NCBI GenBank assembly: GCA_045863335.1
Contig: BTVY01000002.1
Coordinates: 3,873 to 67,872, forward strand
Direction: 5' to 3'
DNA length: 64,000 bases
Source: Candidatus Hydrogenedentota bacterium
GTDB lineage: Bacteria; Hydrogenedentota; Hydrogenedentia; Hydrogenedentales; SLHB01
Below the pieces are notes generated by a model that worked only from the letters and a program-made list of their open reading frames with translations, was not told the DNA's origin and searched no databases. Position numbers and translations under genes: made by a program. Positions 20,405 to 31,756 of the stretch are shown piece by piece; position 1 is the stretch's first letter, and each line of letters begins with the position of its first letter.

Positions 20405-21769
20405 ATGGCGAAGACAAAGACGACCTACGTATGCCAAAGCTGCGGCGCCGTGTCCGTCCGTTGGGCGGGACGCTGCGAGACCTGCGGCGAATGGAACTCC
20501 ATCGTTGAAGAACAGGTGATCGAGACGGGCACCCACGTGAGGCCCGCCATCAAAGACGGCGCGGAACCCATCCCTATCACCGACCGTTCGCAGCCGCCCG
20601 CGGAACGCATACCGACGGGCATCATCGAATGTGACCGCGTGCTCGGAGGCGGGATCGTCCCTGGGTCGTTGACGCTCATTGGGGGCGACCCGGGCATCGG
20701 CAAATCGACGCTCATGCTCCAGGTTTCCCACACGGTCGCGGAGCGGGTCGGTCCGGTGCTGTACGTGTCCGGTGAGGAGTCTTTCGATCAGACCCGCATG
20801 CGGGCGGGACGGCTGGGCACCCTGAGCGACAACCTCATGATCTTTACCGAGACGTCCGTGGATGCGGTCCGAAAGGAGATCAAGAAGGGCGGGTTTTCTG
20901 CGGTGGTGGTCGACTCGATCCAATCCATGTATACGCCCGATCTCGCCGCGGTGCCGGGCAGCATCGGGCAGGTGCGCGACTGTTCCAACGAGTTTCTCCG
21001 GATCGCGAAAGGGCAGAACGTGCCCGTGTTTCTCGTGGGGCATGTGACCAAGGAAGGCTCCATTGCGGGACCGCGGCTACTCGAGCATCTCGTTGATACG
21101 GTGCTGTACTTCGAAGGCGAGGGCAAACAGGCGTTGCGCATCCTGCGTTCCGTGAAGAACCGGTTCGGATCGACTAACGAGATCGGCGTCTTCGAAATGA
21201 CCGAGGCGGGCCTGCAGGAAGTGCCCAACCCCAGCGCGCTGTTCCTGAACGAGCGTCCGCGGGGCGTGAGCGGGTCGGTGGTGATTCCGAGCATCGAAGG
21301 GACGCGGCCGTTATTGGTTGAGGTGCAGGCGCTCGTGGGCGACACGCCGCTGGCCTCGCCACGCAGAACCGTCGCCGGCGTAAATCCGAATCGCGTAGCG
21401 TTGATCCTCGCCGTGCTGGAGAAACGGGCGGGCGTCCACATATCCGACAAAGAGGTCTACGTAAACGTCGCCGGAGGCGTGCGGCTGGAAGAACCGGCCA
21501 TTGATCTCGCGGTGGCCGTCGCGCTGGCATCGAGTCTGTTGGAGGCGCCGGTCCCTTCCGATATCGCCGTTTTTGGAGAGATAGGCTTGGCCGGGGAAGT
21601 GCGGGCGGTGGACATGGCGCGGAGCCGGGCGGCGGAAGCCTCGAAGTTTGGGTTCATAAAGTGTATTCTACCCAAGAGTTGTGCGGCAGACGTCCGTGAC
21701 GTGCCGGTGGAGATCGTACCCGTAACCGGGGTTTCTTCCGCGATAGACGTCGCGCTGGATCGCAGGTAA
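20405..21769 (+). CDS. radA: DNA repair protein RadA
   Basis: N-terminal zinc finger CQSCGAVSVRWAGRCETCGEWNS. Walker A GDPGIGKST. KNRFG motif. Lon-like C-terminal domain. Confidence 0.9.
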   Translation: MAKTKTTYVCQSCGAVSVRWAGRCETCGEWNSIVEEQVIETGTHVRPAIKDGAEPIPITDRSQPPAERIPTGIIECDRVLGGGIVPGSLTLIGGDPGIGKSTLMLQVSHTVAERVGPVLYVSGEESFDQTRMRAGRLGTLSDNLMIFTETSVDAVRKEIKKGGFSAVVVDSIQSMYTPDLAAVPGSIGQVRDCSNEFLRIAKGQNVPVFLVGHVTKEGSIAGPRLLEHLVDTVLYFEGEGKQALRILRSVKNRFGSTNEIGVFEMTEAGLQEVPNPSALFLNERPRGVSGSVVIPSIEGTRPLLVEVQALVGDTPLASPRRTVAGVNPNRVALILAVLEKRAGVHISDKEVYVNVAGGVRLEEPAIDLAVAVALASSLLEAPVPSDIAVFGEIGLAGEVRAVDMARSRAAEASKFGFIKCILPKSCAADVRDVPVEIVPVTGVSSAIDVALDRR

Positions 21770-21820
21770 ACGGGAAGAAGTTGTTGAATTAATAAGCGGT
21801 TGTGACGGGATAGGCGGGAC

Positions 21821-22906
21821 ATGGCGAAGAAGAAGAAAAAGACAGGTAAGGCCGCGTTACGGGATGCATTGACCCTGGTTTCACCGGGAACCCAATTGCG
21901 TGAAGCCATATCGGCGATCCTGCAGAGCGGGAACGGCGCCTTGATATGCATTGGGGATCCGAAACGTCTTGCCGATCTCTCGGAAGCGGGGGTCGCGATC
22001 AACGCGGAGTATACGCCGCAGCTTCTCTACGAACTCGCAAAGATGGATGGAGCGATTATTCTGAATGAAGACGCAAGCACCATCGCCTACGCCAACCGGT
22101 TCCTGAAACCGGACAGCTCCATCGCGACGGACGAAACCGGCACCCGCCATCGCGCCGCAGAGCGCATTGCAAGACAGTCCGGTGCGATTGTGGTGGCCGT
22201 ATCGGAGCGGCGATCGAGCGTCACCTTGTACGTGCAGGACGTGAAGCACGTCCTCGACACGATTCCCACGTTGTTGAACAAAGCCATGCAGGCGATTAAC
22301 ACGTTGGAGAAATACATCCACGTGCTGGATCAGGCAACAACGGATTTGAGCACGCGGGAATTCGAAGACGTGGTCACCATCTTCGACGTGTGCAAAGCGA
22401 TTCAGCGTTGCGAAATGGTCGTGCGAATCGCCAAGGAAATCGAACCGTACATCCTCGAACTGGGAACCGAAGGCCGACTCATCGCCATGCAGTTGAAGGA
22501 ACTGGTGATCCCCATCGAGCAAGCGGAATTGGTCGCGAAAGACTACTATCGCGAGAAGGCCGGGGTTACCTACGAACAGGTGCAACAGAAGGTCGACGAG
22601 TTGACCCAGCAGGAACTACTGAACCTGGGTAGCATCAGTCAGGCGCTGGGCTACGGACCAAACCTCAAGAGCATCGACACATACTTGTCTCCCCGAGGTT
22701 ACCGCATCCTCACGCAGACGCACCGGCTGACGCCGCAGATCATTGACAACCTGGTCGTCAAATTCGGGTCGTTGCAGGCGATCATGCGGGCGCCGAAGGA
22801 GGAACTCTGCGAAGTGGACGGTATCGGCGAGGTGCTTGCGGAACGCGTGCGTCTGAGTCTGAACAGCCTGCGGAGCCAGTTGGCTCTCGATCGAAGCCGG
22901 CGCTAG
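21821..22906 (+). CDS. disA: DNA integrity scanning protein DisA (diadenylate cyclase)
   Basis: DAC domain motifs DGAIIL and GTRHRAA. C-terminal HhH (EVDGIGEVLAERV). Conserved radA-disA arrangement. Confidence 0.85.
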   Translation: MAKKKKKTGKAALRDALTLVSPGTQLREAISAILQSGNGALICIGDPKRLADLSEAGVAINAEYTPQLLYELAKMDGAIILNEDASTIAYANRFLKPDSSIATDETGTRHRAAERIARQSGAIVVAVSERRSSVTLYVQDVKHVLDTIPTLLNKAMQAINTLEKYIHVLDQATTDLSTREFEDVVTIFDVCKAIQRCEMVVRIAKEIEPYILELGTEGRLIAMQLKELVIPIEQAELVAKDYYREKAGVTYEQVQQKVDELTQQELLNLGSISQALGYGPNLKSIDTYLSPRGYRILTQTHRLTPQIIDNLVVKFGSLQAIMRAPKEELCEVDGIGEVLAERVRLSLNSLRSQLALDRSRR

Positions 22907-22984
22907 CGGGTCATCGGTCCCGATTCACCTCAATGTGTTCTTGCCCAACATTGAATTGGGCGAATTCTGGAGTAGTTACGCATC

Positions 22985-23797
22985 ATGCGGTACTTGGTCG
23001 ATTGTGAAATTCTGGAGAATTACGAAGTCGCGCCGGAGCAATTCCGCATGGTGATTCGCTCGCCCGAACTTGCCGGGGAGGCGAAGACGGGGCAGTTCTG
23101 CATGCTCGCCGTGTCGGAAGGTCTCTACCCGTTTCTGCGTCGGCCCATGTGTTTCGAGCGCATTCACGAGGACCGCATCTCGGTGCTGTACAAAGTCGAG
23201 GGGGAAGGCACGGCCCTGATGGCGAAGATGCGGCCCGGGGGCAGGATCGCCGTGCAGGGGCCACTTGGAAATGGCTTCCCTCTGGACGCCTCGTTTGACC
23301 GGCACATCATCGTGGCAGGCGGTATCGGCGTGGCCACGTTTCCGGGACTTGCGGAAGCCCTCGTCAAAGAGTGCGGCGTTACGCCGGAAGTCATCCTCGC
23401 CGCGCGAACGAAACATCTCGTCCTGTGCGAAGACGACTTCCGCTCGCTGGGGTGCACAGTCCACATCGCCACCGATGACGGCTCCGCCGGTGAGAAAGCC
23501 TATGCCGCCGACATGCTCGCGCGCCTATCCCCCGGTCCCGGGACGCGGGTGTACGCGTGCGGTCCCATGATCATGATGGAGACGACCTCGGCCGTAGCGA
23601 CCAAGGCGGGCGCGGATTGCCTTGTATCGCTCGAAGCGCAGATGGCCTGTGGCGATGGCGCCTGTCTCGGGTGCGTGGTCGAATCAAAGCGCGCCCTCGA
23701 AGGCGAAAAGATGGTGCGCGTTTGTTTGGACGGCCCCGTTTTTGACACGTCCATCATCGACTGGGAAGCCCACAACACTGCCTACGACGTGTTTTGA
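22985..23797 (+). CDS. PyrK-like FAD/NAD(P)-binding oxidoreductase with C-terminal 2Fe-2S motif
   Basis: RRPM (RxYS-like) FAD motif. GGIGVATF NAD-binding motif. CGDGACLGC...C cluster as in dihydroorotate dehydrogenase electron-transfer subunit / NfnA-like proteins. No partner subunit adjacent. Confidence 0.65.
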   Translation: MRYLVDCEILENYEVAPEQFRMVIRSPELAGEAKTGQFCMLAVSEGLYPFLRRPMCFERIHEDRISVLYKVEGEGTALMAKMRPGGRIAVQGPLGNGFPLDASFDRHIIVAGGIGVATFPGLAEALVKECGVTPEVILAARTKHLVLCEDDFRSLGCTVHIATDDGSAGEKAYAADMLARLSPGPGTRVYACGPMIMMETTSAVATKAGADCLVSLEAQMACGDGACLGCVVESKRALEGEKMVRVCLDGPVFDTSIIDWEAHNTAYDVF

Positions 23798-23810
23798 TTC
23801 CAGCCCAGCG

Positions 23811-24755
23811 TTAATACTCGGTGACGCCGAAGGTGTCGGCGACCTGGGCGCCGTTGGGCGCGTAGAACTGGTACGAACCTTCCATGGCGCGCACGTAAGG
23901 TTGCGGGTCATTGGGTATGTAGGTCGTCTGGCCGTCGCCGAGGTAGTAGTTGCCTGCAATGCTGCCCGCGACCTGGCCATCCTGCGTGACAAGTCCTGCC
24001 TGGAACTGAAATTGCGACTGGCTGACAGCTCCCACCTGGACCGCGGGGACGCGCACCGGCAGATTGGTGTTTTCGAGGTTATCGTTGAGCCACGTGACGA
24101 TCGAATAAGGAACGTTGGCGTTCATCCACTCAAACGCGCCCGGAACCTTGAACGGGGCGAGATGGACGAGCGTGTTGTACTCGTTGAACGTCGCGGTGAT
24201 CGACGCGCCGTCGGCCTCGCGCCAGCGCAGGGCGTACCAGCCTTGGGGCATGTATTCAATGACATCGTCGGCGGGCGTCCCCTCCGCGCCCATGATTGCG
24301 CGCACCTCGTCGTCGGTAAGTCCAAATTGCAGTGCGTTCAATTTTGCTTCCATCGTGTCGGGCACGACCGCGCTTTCCCCAAGTGGCGCGTCGCTTTCCG
24401 GTGTGACGGGGGGGAGCGCTTCCGCTACCGGCGTCGACGTGGAGCCGCCGGTCTGCGCGTCGGCAACCTGTGTTGGCGGCGGCGCGGCAGGATGTACGAG
24501 GTTTCTCGAAGAAGGCGGTGCAAGCGCGTTGGGCGTTTGACTGACGCGCCCCTCGGATTGGGAAGCCGAACCCTGCGCCGACGGAGGTGGCGTGGCGGGA
24601 GGTGTTGACGGCGCAGTACGTGCAGTCTTGGGCGGCGGTGTGGGCAGTTTGTCGGACGGGGGCGGCGTGGAAACCAACATCCATCCGTAGACAGCAGCAA
24701 CGGCGACGATGACAACGGCGAGCGTAACCCCGACAACCGTAAGAACAGTCTTCAT
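23811..24755 (-). CDS. membrane-anchored hypothetical protein with Pro/Thr/Ala-rich linker
   Basis: N-terminal TM segment (VVGVTLAVVIVAVAAVYGWMLV). PPPSDKLPTPPPKTARTAPSTPPATPPP low-complexity linker. Globular C-terminal domain. GAGG RBS. Confidence 0.5.
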   Translation of the reverse strand: MKTVLTVVGVTLAVVIVAVAAVYGWMLVSTPPPSDKLPTPPPKTARTAPSTPPATPPPSAQGSASQSEGRVSQTPNALAPPSSRNLVHPAAPPPTQVADAQTGGSTSTPVAEALPPVTPESDAPLGESAVVPDTMEAKLNALQFGLTDDEVRAIMGAEGTPADDVIEYMPQGWYALRWREADGASITATFNEYNTLVHLAPFKVPGAFEWMNANVPYSIVTWLNDNLENTNLPVRVPAVQVGAVSQSQFQFQAGLVTQDGQVAGSIAGNYYLGDGQTTYIPNDPQPYVRAMEGSYQFYAPNGAQVADTFGVTEY

Positions 24756-24846
24756 TCGACACCTCGTCTACGTTGAAGCAGATCAACCCAAACGCGCGCT
24801 CCGCCCGTCACAGGAAAACATGTAAGCCTTCCGCCGGGGGGCGCAA

Positions 24847-25329
24847 CTATAGCTGTTCGATAGCGGCCAATACCTCGTCGGCGTGGCCGTCGGGTTTCAC
24901 TTTGGGCCAGACCTTCGCAATCTTGCCCTCAGGACCAATCAAGAACGTCGCGCGTTGCACACCCCAGTACTTCTTGCCGTACATGTTTTTTTCGACCCAG
25001 ACCCCGTATTTCTCCGCGACCTTGTGGTCCTCGTCAGCCAGCAGCGTGAATCCGAGGCCGTACTTCTCGGCAAACTTGCAGTGGGATTCAACCCCGTCGG
25101 GGCTGATCCCCAGCACTTCGGCCCCCGCCTTTACGAACTTTGGCAGGGCAGCCTGGAAACCCTTTGCTTCCACCGTGCACCCCGGGGTGTCGTCTTTCGG
25201 GTAGAAATAGACCACGACCGGCTTGCCGGAGAAATCGGAAAGCTTCACTTTTTTCCCGGCCTGCGACTTCAGGTCAATTGCCGGTGCCTTGGTGCCTTCA
25301 GCAGGCGCTTCAGTCAATTTTGGAGACAC
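24847..25329 (-). CDS. bcp: thiol peroxidase Bcp/PrxQ (peroxiredoxin)
   Basis: VVVYFYPKDDTPGCTVEAKGF peroxidatic-Cys motif. GTG start preceded by AAGGAG. Confidence 0.8.
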   Translation of the reverse strand: MSPKLTEAPAEGTKAPAIDLKSQAGKKVKLSDFSGKPVVVYFYPKDDTPGCTVEAKGFQAALPKFVKAGAEVLGISPDGVESHCKFAEKYGLGFTLLADEDHKVAEKYGVWVEKNMYGKKYWGVQRATFLIGPEGKIAKVWPKVKPDGHADEVLAAIEQL

Positions 25330-25402
25330 GACAAACTCCTTATCTTAAACTCGATCTCCACCGCGTTGAGGTCGCCCTACGCGGCAAATCGACACCCATG
25401 CG

Positions 25403-25960
25403 TCATTTTTCCGCCCAGATCGCCTCGCGTAACTCGGTCATGGAGGGCAGTACTTCGTCGGTGTTTTTAAAGTGATCGTCAATCCATCCGCATACCGTTT
25501 CAATGACATCGCGGCGCCAACGTTCCACCGGGCGAGCCAGTTCGTCGCGAAGATACTCGACGTCCCGGAGAAGACACTTCCGCCTTTCCCCATCGAGCGA
25601 GGAGAAATCCGCCTCCGCGACCAGGCGCTCCATGAGCAAGGGAACGCCCGCCATGGTCTCCTCCAATTCGCCGAGCGCCGGGGGAAAGCGAAGGTTGAAT
25701 TCGAAGCGATTCTCCACCAAATCCATGCCATCCGCCGTGATTCGGGCGGCCGCGAACATGGGAGGATTGTAACCAATCATGAGTTCCACAAGCCCCCGAT
25801 CGCTCAGGTAATGAATATTCGCAAGCAGATCGCTGCGGTGGACAGTGCCGTCCTCAAGAACGTCTTCGGGCGCAAGCATTTCCAACGGATCGGCGAGGTA
25901 TCGCTCGTACAGGATGGTCAAGATCCTGCGCCGGACGGATTTGGGATTACTCAGTTGCAT
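25403..25960 (-). CDS. hypothetical protein (185 aa), divergent from cysK
   Basis: Uninterrupted ORF. No recognised motif. Weak RBS. Confidence 0.4.
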   Translation of the reverse strand: MQLSNPKSVRRRILTILYERYLADPLEMLAPEDVLEDGTVHRSDLLANIHYLSDRGLVELMIGYNPPMFAAARITADGMDLVENRFEFNLRFPPALGELEETMAGVPLLMERLVAEADFSSLDGERRKCLLRDVEYLRDELARPVERWRRDVIETVCGWIDDHFKNTDEVLPSMTELREAIWAEK

Positions 25961-26039
25961 GCACCCAAAGTATAGCAGGGCGAATCCACTTTGCCAAAAG
26001 CAACAGGGGATTGCCGTTCACACGACTCGACCCCAAATG

Positions 26040-26135
26040 AATCATCGTGGAATAGACGATAGTGTGTGGGCAGTTTCCTAAATATTGAAAACATGATAAT
26101 ATTTTGAAACAATAGTACAAATCACGTGAAGCCAC
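26040..26135. promoter_or_regulatory. AT-rich island with direct repeat TTGAAAACA / TTGAAACAA upstream of cysK (divergent promoter region)
   Basis: Conspicuous low-GC stretch (aaatattgaaaacatgataatattttgaaacaatagtacaaatc) in an otherwise GC-rich intergenic region. Confidence 0.3.
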
Positions 26136-26287
26136 ATGAACTTACGAATCAGGTGCCCGGTTGACTGACTGCCAGCGGGATGATACGATCCATTCGACCA
26201 TCCCCACGCAAGTCTTGGTGTCGTGTAGTGCGTCGAGTGCCGCTGCGCAGTGTACTTTTGCCACGGGACTATAGAGGGAGTTTTAAC

Positions 26288-27214
26288 ATGCGAGTATTTG
26301 AAGACGCGAGTTTTAGCATCGGCAACACTCCGCTGGTGAATTTGCATAACCTGGCCTCCGGTTTGAAGGCAAAAGTCTACGGCAAGGTCGAAGGGCGCAA
26401 CCCGGCTTATTCGGTGAAATGCCGGATTGGCGCTGCCATGATTTGGGACGCCGAGCAGCGCGGTACGTTGAAGCCCGGCGGTACCATTGTGGAACCAACG
26501 TCCGGAAATACCGGGATTGCATTGGCCTTTGTCGCGGCCGCGCGGGGATACAAGCTGATCTTGACGATGCCGGAGACCATGAGCCTGGAACGCCGGCAGA
26601 TGCTGAAAGCCTTTGGGGCGCAATTGGTCCTGACCCCGGGTGACAAGGGTATGCCAGGCGCTATCGCGCAGGCGGAAGAGATACTCCTCGAGCATCCGGA
26701 GTACTTCCTGCCGCAGCAATTCAACAACCCGGCAAACCCGGAGATCCATTTCAAGACCACTGGGCCGGAGATCTGGAACGACACCGACGGCGGCATTGAC
26801 GTGCTGGTATCGGGCGTTGGCACCGGCGGCACGATCTCGGGCGTCAGCCGCTACATCAAACAGGAAAAAGGCAAGGCCATCATCAGCGTCGCGGTTGAGC
26901 CGGAGAACTCACCGGTCCTTTCGGGCGGCTCGCCCGGGCCCCACAAAATCCAGGGCATCGGCGCCGGATTCAAACCGAACGTATTGGACATGAGCCTGGT
27001 GGACCGTGTGGAGCTGGTATCGAACGAAGAAGCATTCGATATCGCGCGCAGGCTTGCCCGTGAAGAAGGACTGATCTGCGGCATCAGTTGCGGCGCAGCT
27101 GCGTCGGTTGCCCTTCGACTGGCGGCCATGGACGAATTCGACGGAAAGACAATCGTGGTGGTGTTGCCCGATTCGGGCGAACGATATCTGTCAACCCCCC
27201 TGTTTGAGGGATAA
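26288..27214 (+). CDS. cysK: cysteine synthase A (O-acetylserine sulfhydrylase)
   Basis: PLP-lysine motif [42 protein letters not shown] before ATG at 26288. Confidence 0.9.
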   Translation: MRVFEDASFSIGNTPLVNLHNLASGLKAKVYGKVEGRNPAYSVKCRIGAAMIWDAEQRGTLKPGGTIVEPTSGNTGIALAFVAAARGYKLILTMPETMSLERRQMLKAFGAQLVLTPGDKGMPGAIAQAEEILLEHPEYFLPQQFNNPANPEIHFKTTGPEIWNDTDGGIDVLVSGVGTGGTISGVSRYIKQEKGKAIISVAVEPENSPVLSGGSPGPHKIQGIGAGFKPNVLDMSLVDRVELVSNEEAFDIARRLAREEGLICGISCGAAASVALRLAAMDEFDGKTIVVVLPDSGERYLSTPLFEG

Positions 27215-28534
<1,320 letters not shown>

Positions 28535-28544
28535 GCGGTATCCT

Positions 28545-28583
28545 ATCCGGCGCGCGGCCAGTGAGTCGTGCGCCGGATTTTTT
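28545..28583 (+). terminator. hairpin (TCCGGCGC...GCGCCGGA) followed by TTTTTTG between metY and metXW; possible attenuator or partial terminator
   Basis: 8-bp GC stem plus T6 run read directly from the sequence. Confidence 0.4.
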
Positions 28584-28604
28584 GTGTCAGCGGGGATCAT
28601 CGAA

Positions 28605-30422
28605 ATGGCTGAAGAAGATTCTGTCGGCACCGTTCAAACGCAGCACTACACCTTTGCGGAAACGCCGAATGAACTCGAATTGGATTGCGGGCGCAAGTTG
28701 GGTCCGATTACGCTGGCCTATGAAACCTATGGCTCTCTGAACGCGGACAAGTCCAACGCGGTGCTGATCGTGCACGCCCTCTCCGGCGATGCCCACGCCG
28801 CCGGCATTCACAGTAAGACCGATCGCAAGCCCGGCTGGTGGGACAACATGATTGGCCCCGGCAAAGGCTTCGATACCGACAAGTACTTTGTCATCTGCTC
28901 CAACGTGATCGGCGGGTGCCAGGGTTCGACAGGACCGTCATCCATCAATCCCGCGACCGGGAAGCCGTACGGATTGAGTTTCCCCATCATTACCATCGGC
29001 GACATGGTCCGCGCGCAACGGCAACTTATCGAACATCTCGGCATCGCGAAGCTCCTCTGCGTTGCGGGGGGTTCTATGGGCGGCATGCAGACGCTGGAAT
29101 GGATGACGCGGTATCCGGAGATGTTGCAGTCCGCCATCGTCATCGCATCGGCGCCGCTGTTGAGCGCGCAGGGGATCGCATTCGATGCCGTGGGCCGGCA
29201 TGCCATTCAGGCAGATCCCTCGTTTCACAACGGCGACTACTACGAGACGGGCGAGCAGCCCGTGCAGGGCCTCTCCATTGCGCGCATGCTCGCGCACATC
29301 ACGTATCTGTCGGACGAATCCATGCGGATCAGGTTCGGCCGCGCCCTGCGCAGCGAGAGCGAATATCGTTATGATTTCAGCAGCGAGTTTTCCGTGGAGA
29401 CCTACCTGGACTACCAGGGCGAGCAGTTCGTGAACCGGTTCGACGCGAACAGCTATCTCTACATCACGAAGGCCATCAATTACTACGATGTGGCGGCACC
29501 CTACGGATCGCTGGACAATGCCATGGCCAGGACACGTGGCAAGACGATGGTCTTGTCGTACTCGTCGGACTGGCTCTATCCGCCGTATCAGTCGCAGGAG
29601 ATTGTGAATGCGTTGACGCGTCAGCGGAAGGATGTGACCTACTGCAACATCCAGTCCGACTACGGGCACGATGCGTTTCTGCTGGAAGTGGACGTGATGA
29701 AAAAGATCATTGGCGGCTACTTGCAGCACGTGCGGCATGAGGATCGGACGACGCGCGGAATCGCTCACGAGGTGGATTCCGAAGCGGAGTTCGGGCCGCC
29801 CTCAAGTGCGTCGCAGAGCATTTACGAAGGGCACCGCGTCGACTACGAGATGATCGTGGACCTCGTCGACGAGGGCAGCCGCGTGCTGGACATTGGCTGC
29901 GGCGACGGCGAATTGCTGGATCAATTGATCGAGCGCAAGGGCGTCGACGGCGCGGGTATCGAACTGGCCCAGGGCAACATCGTGAGCTGCGTGCGGCGCG
30001 GAATCTCCGTGGTGCAGGCGGATATCGATAAGGGTTTGCCCACGATTCCGGACCAGAGCTATGACTACGTCATCCTGAGCATGACCTTGCAGGTCATCAA
30101 GAAACCGGACTACGTGCTTCAGGAAATGCTGCGCGTCGGGAAGAAGTGCATCGTCAGCTTTCCGAATTTCGGGTTCTGGAAGGTGCGCGCGAAGACGTTC
30201 GCCCTCGGGCGCGCGCCGGTGACGCGGAACCTGCCCTACGCGTGGTGGGTCAGCCCCAACCGGCACGTGCTTTCGATCAAGGACTTCCGCGAGTACTGCG
30301 CGGAGCGGAGCATCCATATCGAACGGGAACTACCCCTGAATCGAAAAGGCCTGGTGTGGACGGCGCGCATGTGGCCGAACATGCTGGCGGACGAGGCGGT
30401 ATTCGTGATCGCGAAGCGGTAG
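28605..30422 (+). CDS. metX: fused homoserine O-acetyltransferase MetX / methionine biosynthesis protein MetW
   Basis: MetX N-terminus MAEEDSVGTVQTQHYTFAE...LIVHALSGDAHAAG. C-terminal approx. 200 aa is MetW-like (RVLDIGCGDGELLDQL). The track ORF starts at 28437, overlapping metY; the ATG at 28605 is used here. Confidence 0.8.
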   Translation: MAEEDSVGTVQTQHYTFAETPNELELDCGRKLGPITLAYETYGSLNADKSNAVLIVHALSGDAHAAGIHSKTDRKPGWWDNMIGPGKGFDTDKYFVICSNVIGGCQGSTGPSSINPATGKPYGLSFPIITIGDMVRAQRQLIEHLGIAKLLCVAGGSMGGMQTLEWMTRYPEMLQSAIVIASAPLLSAQGIAFDAVGRHAIQADPSFHNGDYYETGEQPVQGLSIARMLAHITYLSDESMRIRFGRALRSESEYRYDFSSEFSVETYLDYQGEQFVNRFDANSYLYITKAINYYDVAAPYGSLDNAMARTRGKTMVLSYSSDWLYPPYQSQEIVNALTRQRKDVTYCNIQSDYGHDAFLLEVDVMKKIIGGYLQHVRHEDRTTRGIAHEVDSEAEFGPPSSASQSIYEGHRVDYEMIVDLVDEGSRVLDIGCGDGELLDQLIERKGVDGAGIELAQGNIVSCVRRGISVVQADIDKGLPTIPDQSYDYVILSMTLQVIKKPDYVLQEMLRVGKKCIVSFPNFGFWKVRAKTFALGRAPVTRNLPYAWWVSPNRHVLSIKDFREYCAERSIHIERELPLNRKGLVWTARMWPNMLADEAVFVIAKR

Positions 30423-30495
30423 GGGTAGGTTGGAGCGCGGGATCTATGCGGATTCCGGCGTTCCGGACCAGCGTCGTCGCGAACGGACTGCCCTC

Positions 30496-30590
30496 GTCGC
30501 TATCGCTATCGGTATCGGGATCGGTATCGAAGGATAGCGCGCAGGATAATTTCGATACCGATACCGATCGCGATACCGATAGCGATTTTT
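30496..30590 (+). terminator. long imperfect hairpin (35-nt arms, 31/35 paired, 18-nt loop) built from tandem TATCGG/GATCGG hexamers, followed by TTTTTA; putative strong intrinsic terminator after metXW
   Basis: Left arm 30496-30530 tcgctatcgctatcggtatcgggatcggtatcgaa. Right arm 30549-30584 is its near reverse complement. T-run at 30585-30589. Confidence 0.55.
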
Positions 30591-30669
30591 AGAACGATGC
30601 AACTAGGATCGATAGTGGCGAGGGTAGGGTACTCGCCACGGGACAATTGACCTAACAAGGGAGAAATCG

Positions 30670-31560
30670 ATGAAGGGGATCATTCTCGCAGGCGGATCGG
30701 GCACACGGCTGCATCCGCTCACGCTGGCGGTCAGCAAACAGCTCATGCCCATCTTCGACAAGCCCATGATCTACTACCCCCTGTCGACCTTGATCATGAC
30801 GGGTATTCGCGAGATCCTCATCATCTCGACGCCCCACGATCTGCCGTTGTTCAAGAACCTCCTGGGCGACGGAAAACGGATCGGCTGTTCGTTGTCCTAC
30901 GCGGAACAGGCGGTCCCGAACGGTCTCGCGCAGGCCTTCGTCATCGGCGCGGATTTCGTCGGTGACGACAACGCGGCGTTGGTCCTGGGCGACAACATCT
31001 TCTACGGGTCCGGGTTCCACGACATCCTGCAGAGCCACAAAGACCCGGACGGCGGCGTCGTCTTCGCATACCACGTGTCCGACCCGGAGCGTTACGGCGT
31101 TGTGGAATTCGATGACGGCAACAAGGCGATCTCCATCGAAGAAAAGCCCGCGAAACCCAAATCAAACTATGCCGTACCGGGCCTCTACTTCTACGACAAC
31201 GAGGTCATCGACATCGCCAAGAACTTGAAGCCCAGCGCCCGCGGCGAATACGAGATCACGGACGTAAACAAGGAATATCTCCGCCGCGGCAAGCTGAAGG
31301 TGGCCATCCTCGACCGCGGCACCGCCTGGCTCGACACAGGGACCTTCGACTCCCTCATGCAGGCCAGTCAGTTCGTCCAAGTCATCGAAGAACGGCAAGG
31401 CCTCAAGATCGGCTGCATCGAAGAAGCCGCCTACCGCATGGGATTCATCTCCGCCGACGAGCTCCGCGCTCTCGCCGACCCCCTGCTGAAAAGCGGCTAC
31501 GGAAATTATCTGGTCAGTTTGTTAGACGACGGTGCTCCCGGCGGCAAGACCGCGAGTTGA
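30670..31560 (+). CDS. rfbA: glucose-1-phosphate thymidylyltransferase
   Basis: [38 protein letters not shown] is the canonical RmlA N-terminus. GGGAGA RBS. Confidence 0.9.
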   Translation: MKGIILAGGSGTRLHPLTLAVSKQLMPIFDKPMIYYPLSTLIMTGIREILIISTPHDLPLFKNLLGDGKRIGCSLSYAEQAVPNGLAQAFVIGADFVGDDNAALVLGDNIFYGSGFHDILQSHKDPDGGVVFAYHVSDPERYGVVEFDDGNKAISIEEKPAKPKSNYAVPGLYFYDNEVIDIAKNLKPSARGEYEITDVNKEYLRRGKLKVAILDRGTAWLDTGTFDSLMQASQFVQVIEERQGLKIGCIEEAAYRMGFISADELRALADPLLKSGYGNYLVSLLDDGAPGGKTAS

Positions 31561-31598
31561 TCGCACGCGGCAAAATTTCGTATAGTATGTTGTTCCAT

Positions 31599-31685
31599 GC
31601 GCGGGTGGTGGAATTGGCAGACACGCTAGACTAAGGATCTAGTGCCCGATAGGGCTTGCGGGTTCAAGTCCCGCCTCGCGCACCA
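31599..31685 (+). tRNA. tRNA-Leu (type II, long variable arm); anticodon read as AAG
   Basis: Acceptor GCGCGGG/CTCGCGC plus ACCA. D-stem GTG/CAC with loop GAATTGGCAGA. Anticodon stem CTAGA/TCTAG with 7-nt loop CTAAGGA. Variable arm GCCCGATAGGGC. T-arm GCGGG-TTCAAGT-CCCGC. Confidence 0.75.
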
Positions 31686-31756
31686 CAGTCTATTCGAGGG
31701 CGGCTCTCGTTGCAGAGTCGCCTTTTTCTATGCACGGCAACAATCAGGAGAGGGCA

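Noticed and set aside
23622-24608. 328-aa plus-strand ORF antisense to the membrane-anchored Pro-rich protein gene
   Set aside because: Arg-rich low-complexity translation, with no RBS.
25961-26287. Possible SAM or other riboswitch upstream of cysK/metY/metXW
   Set aside because: No match to remembered SAM-I/II consensus elements when reading the sequence by eye. It was left as an AT-rich promoter region. An Rfam scan would be decisive.
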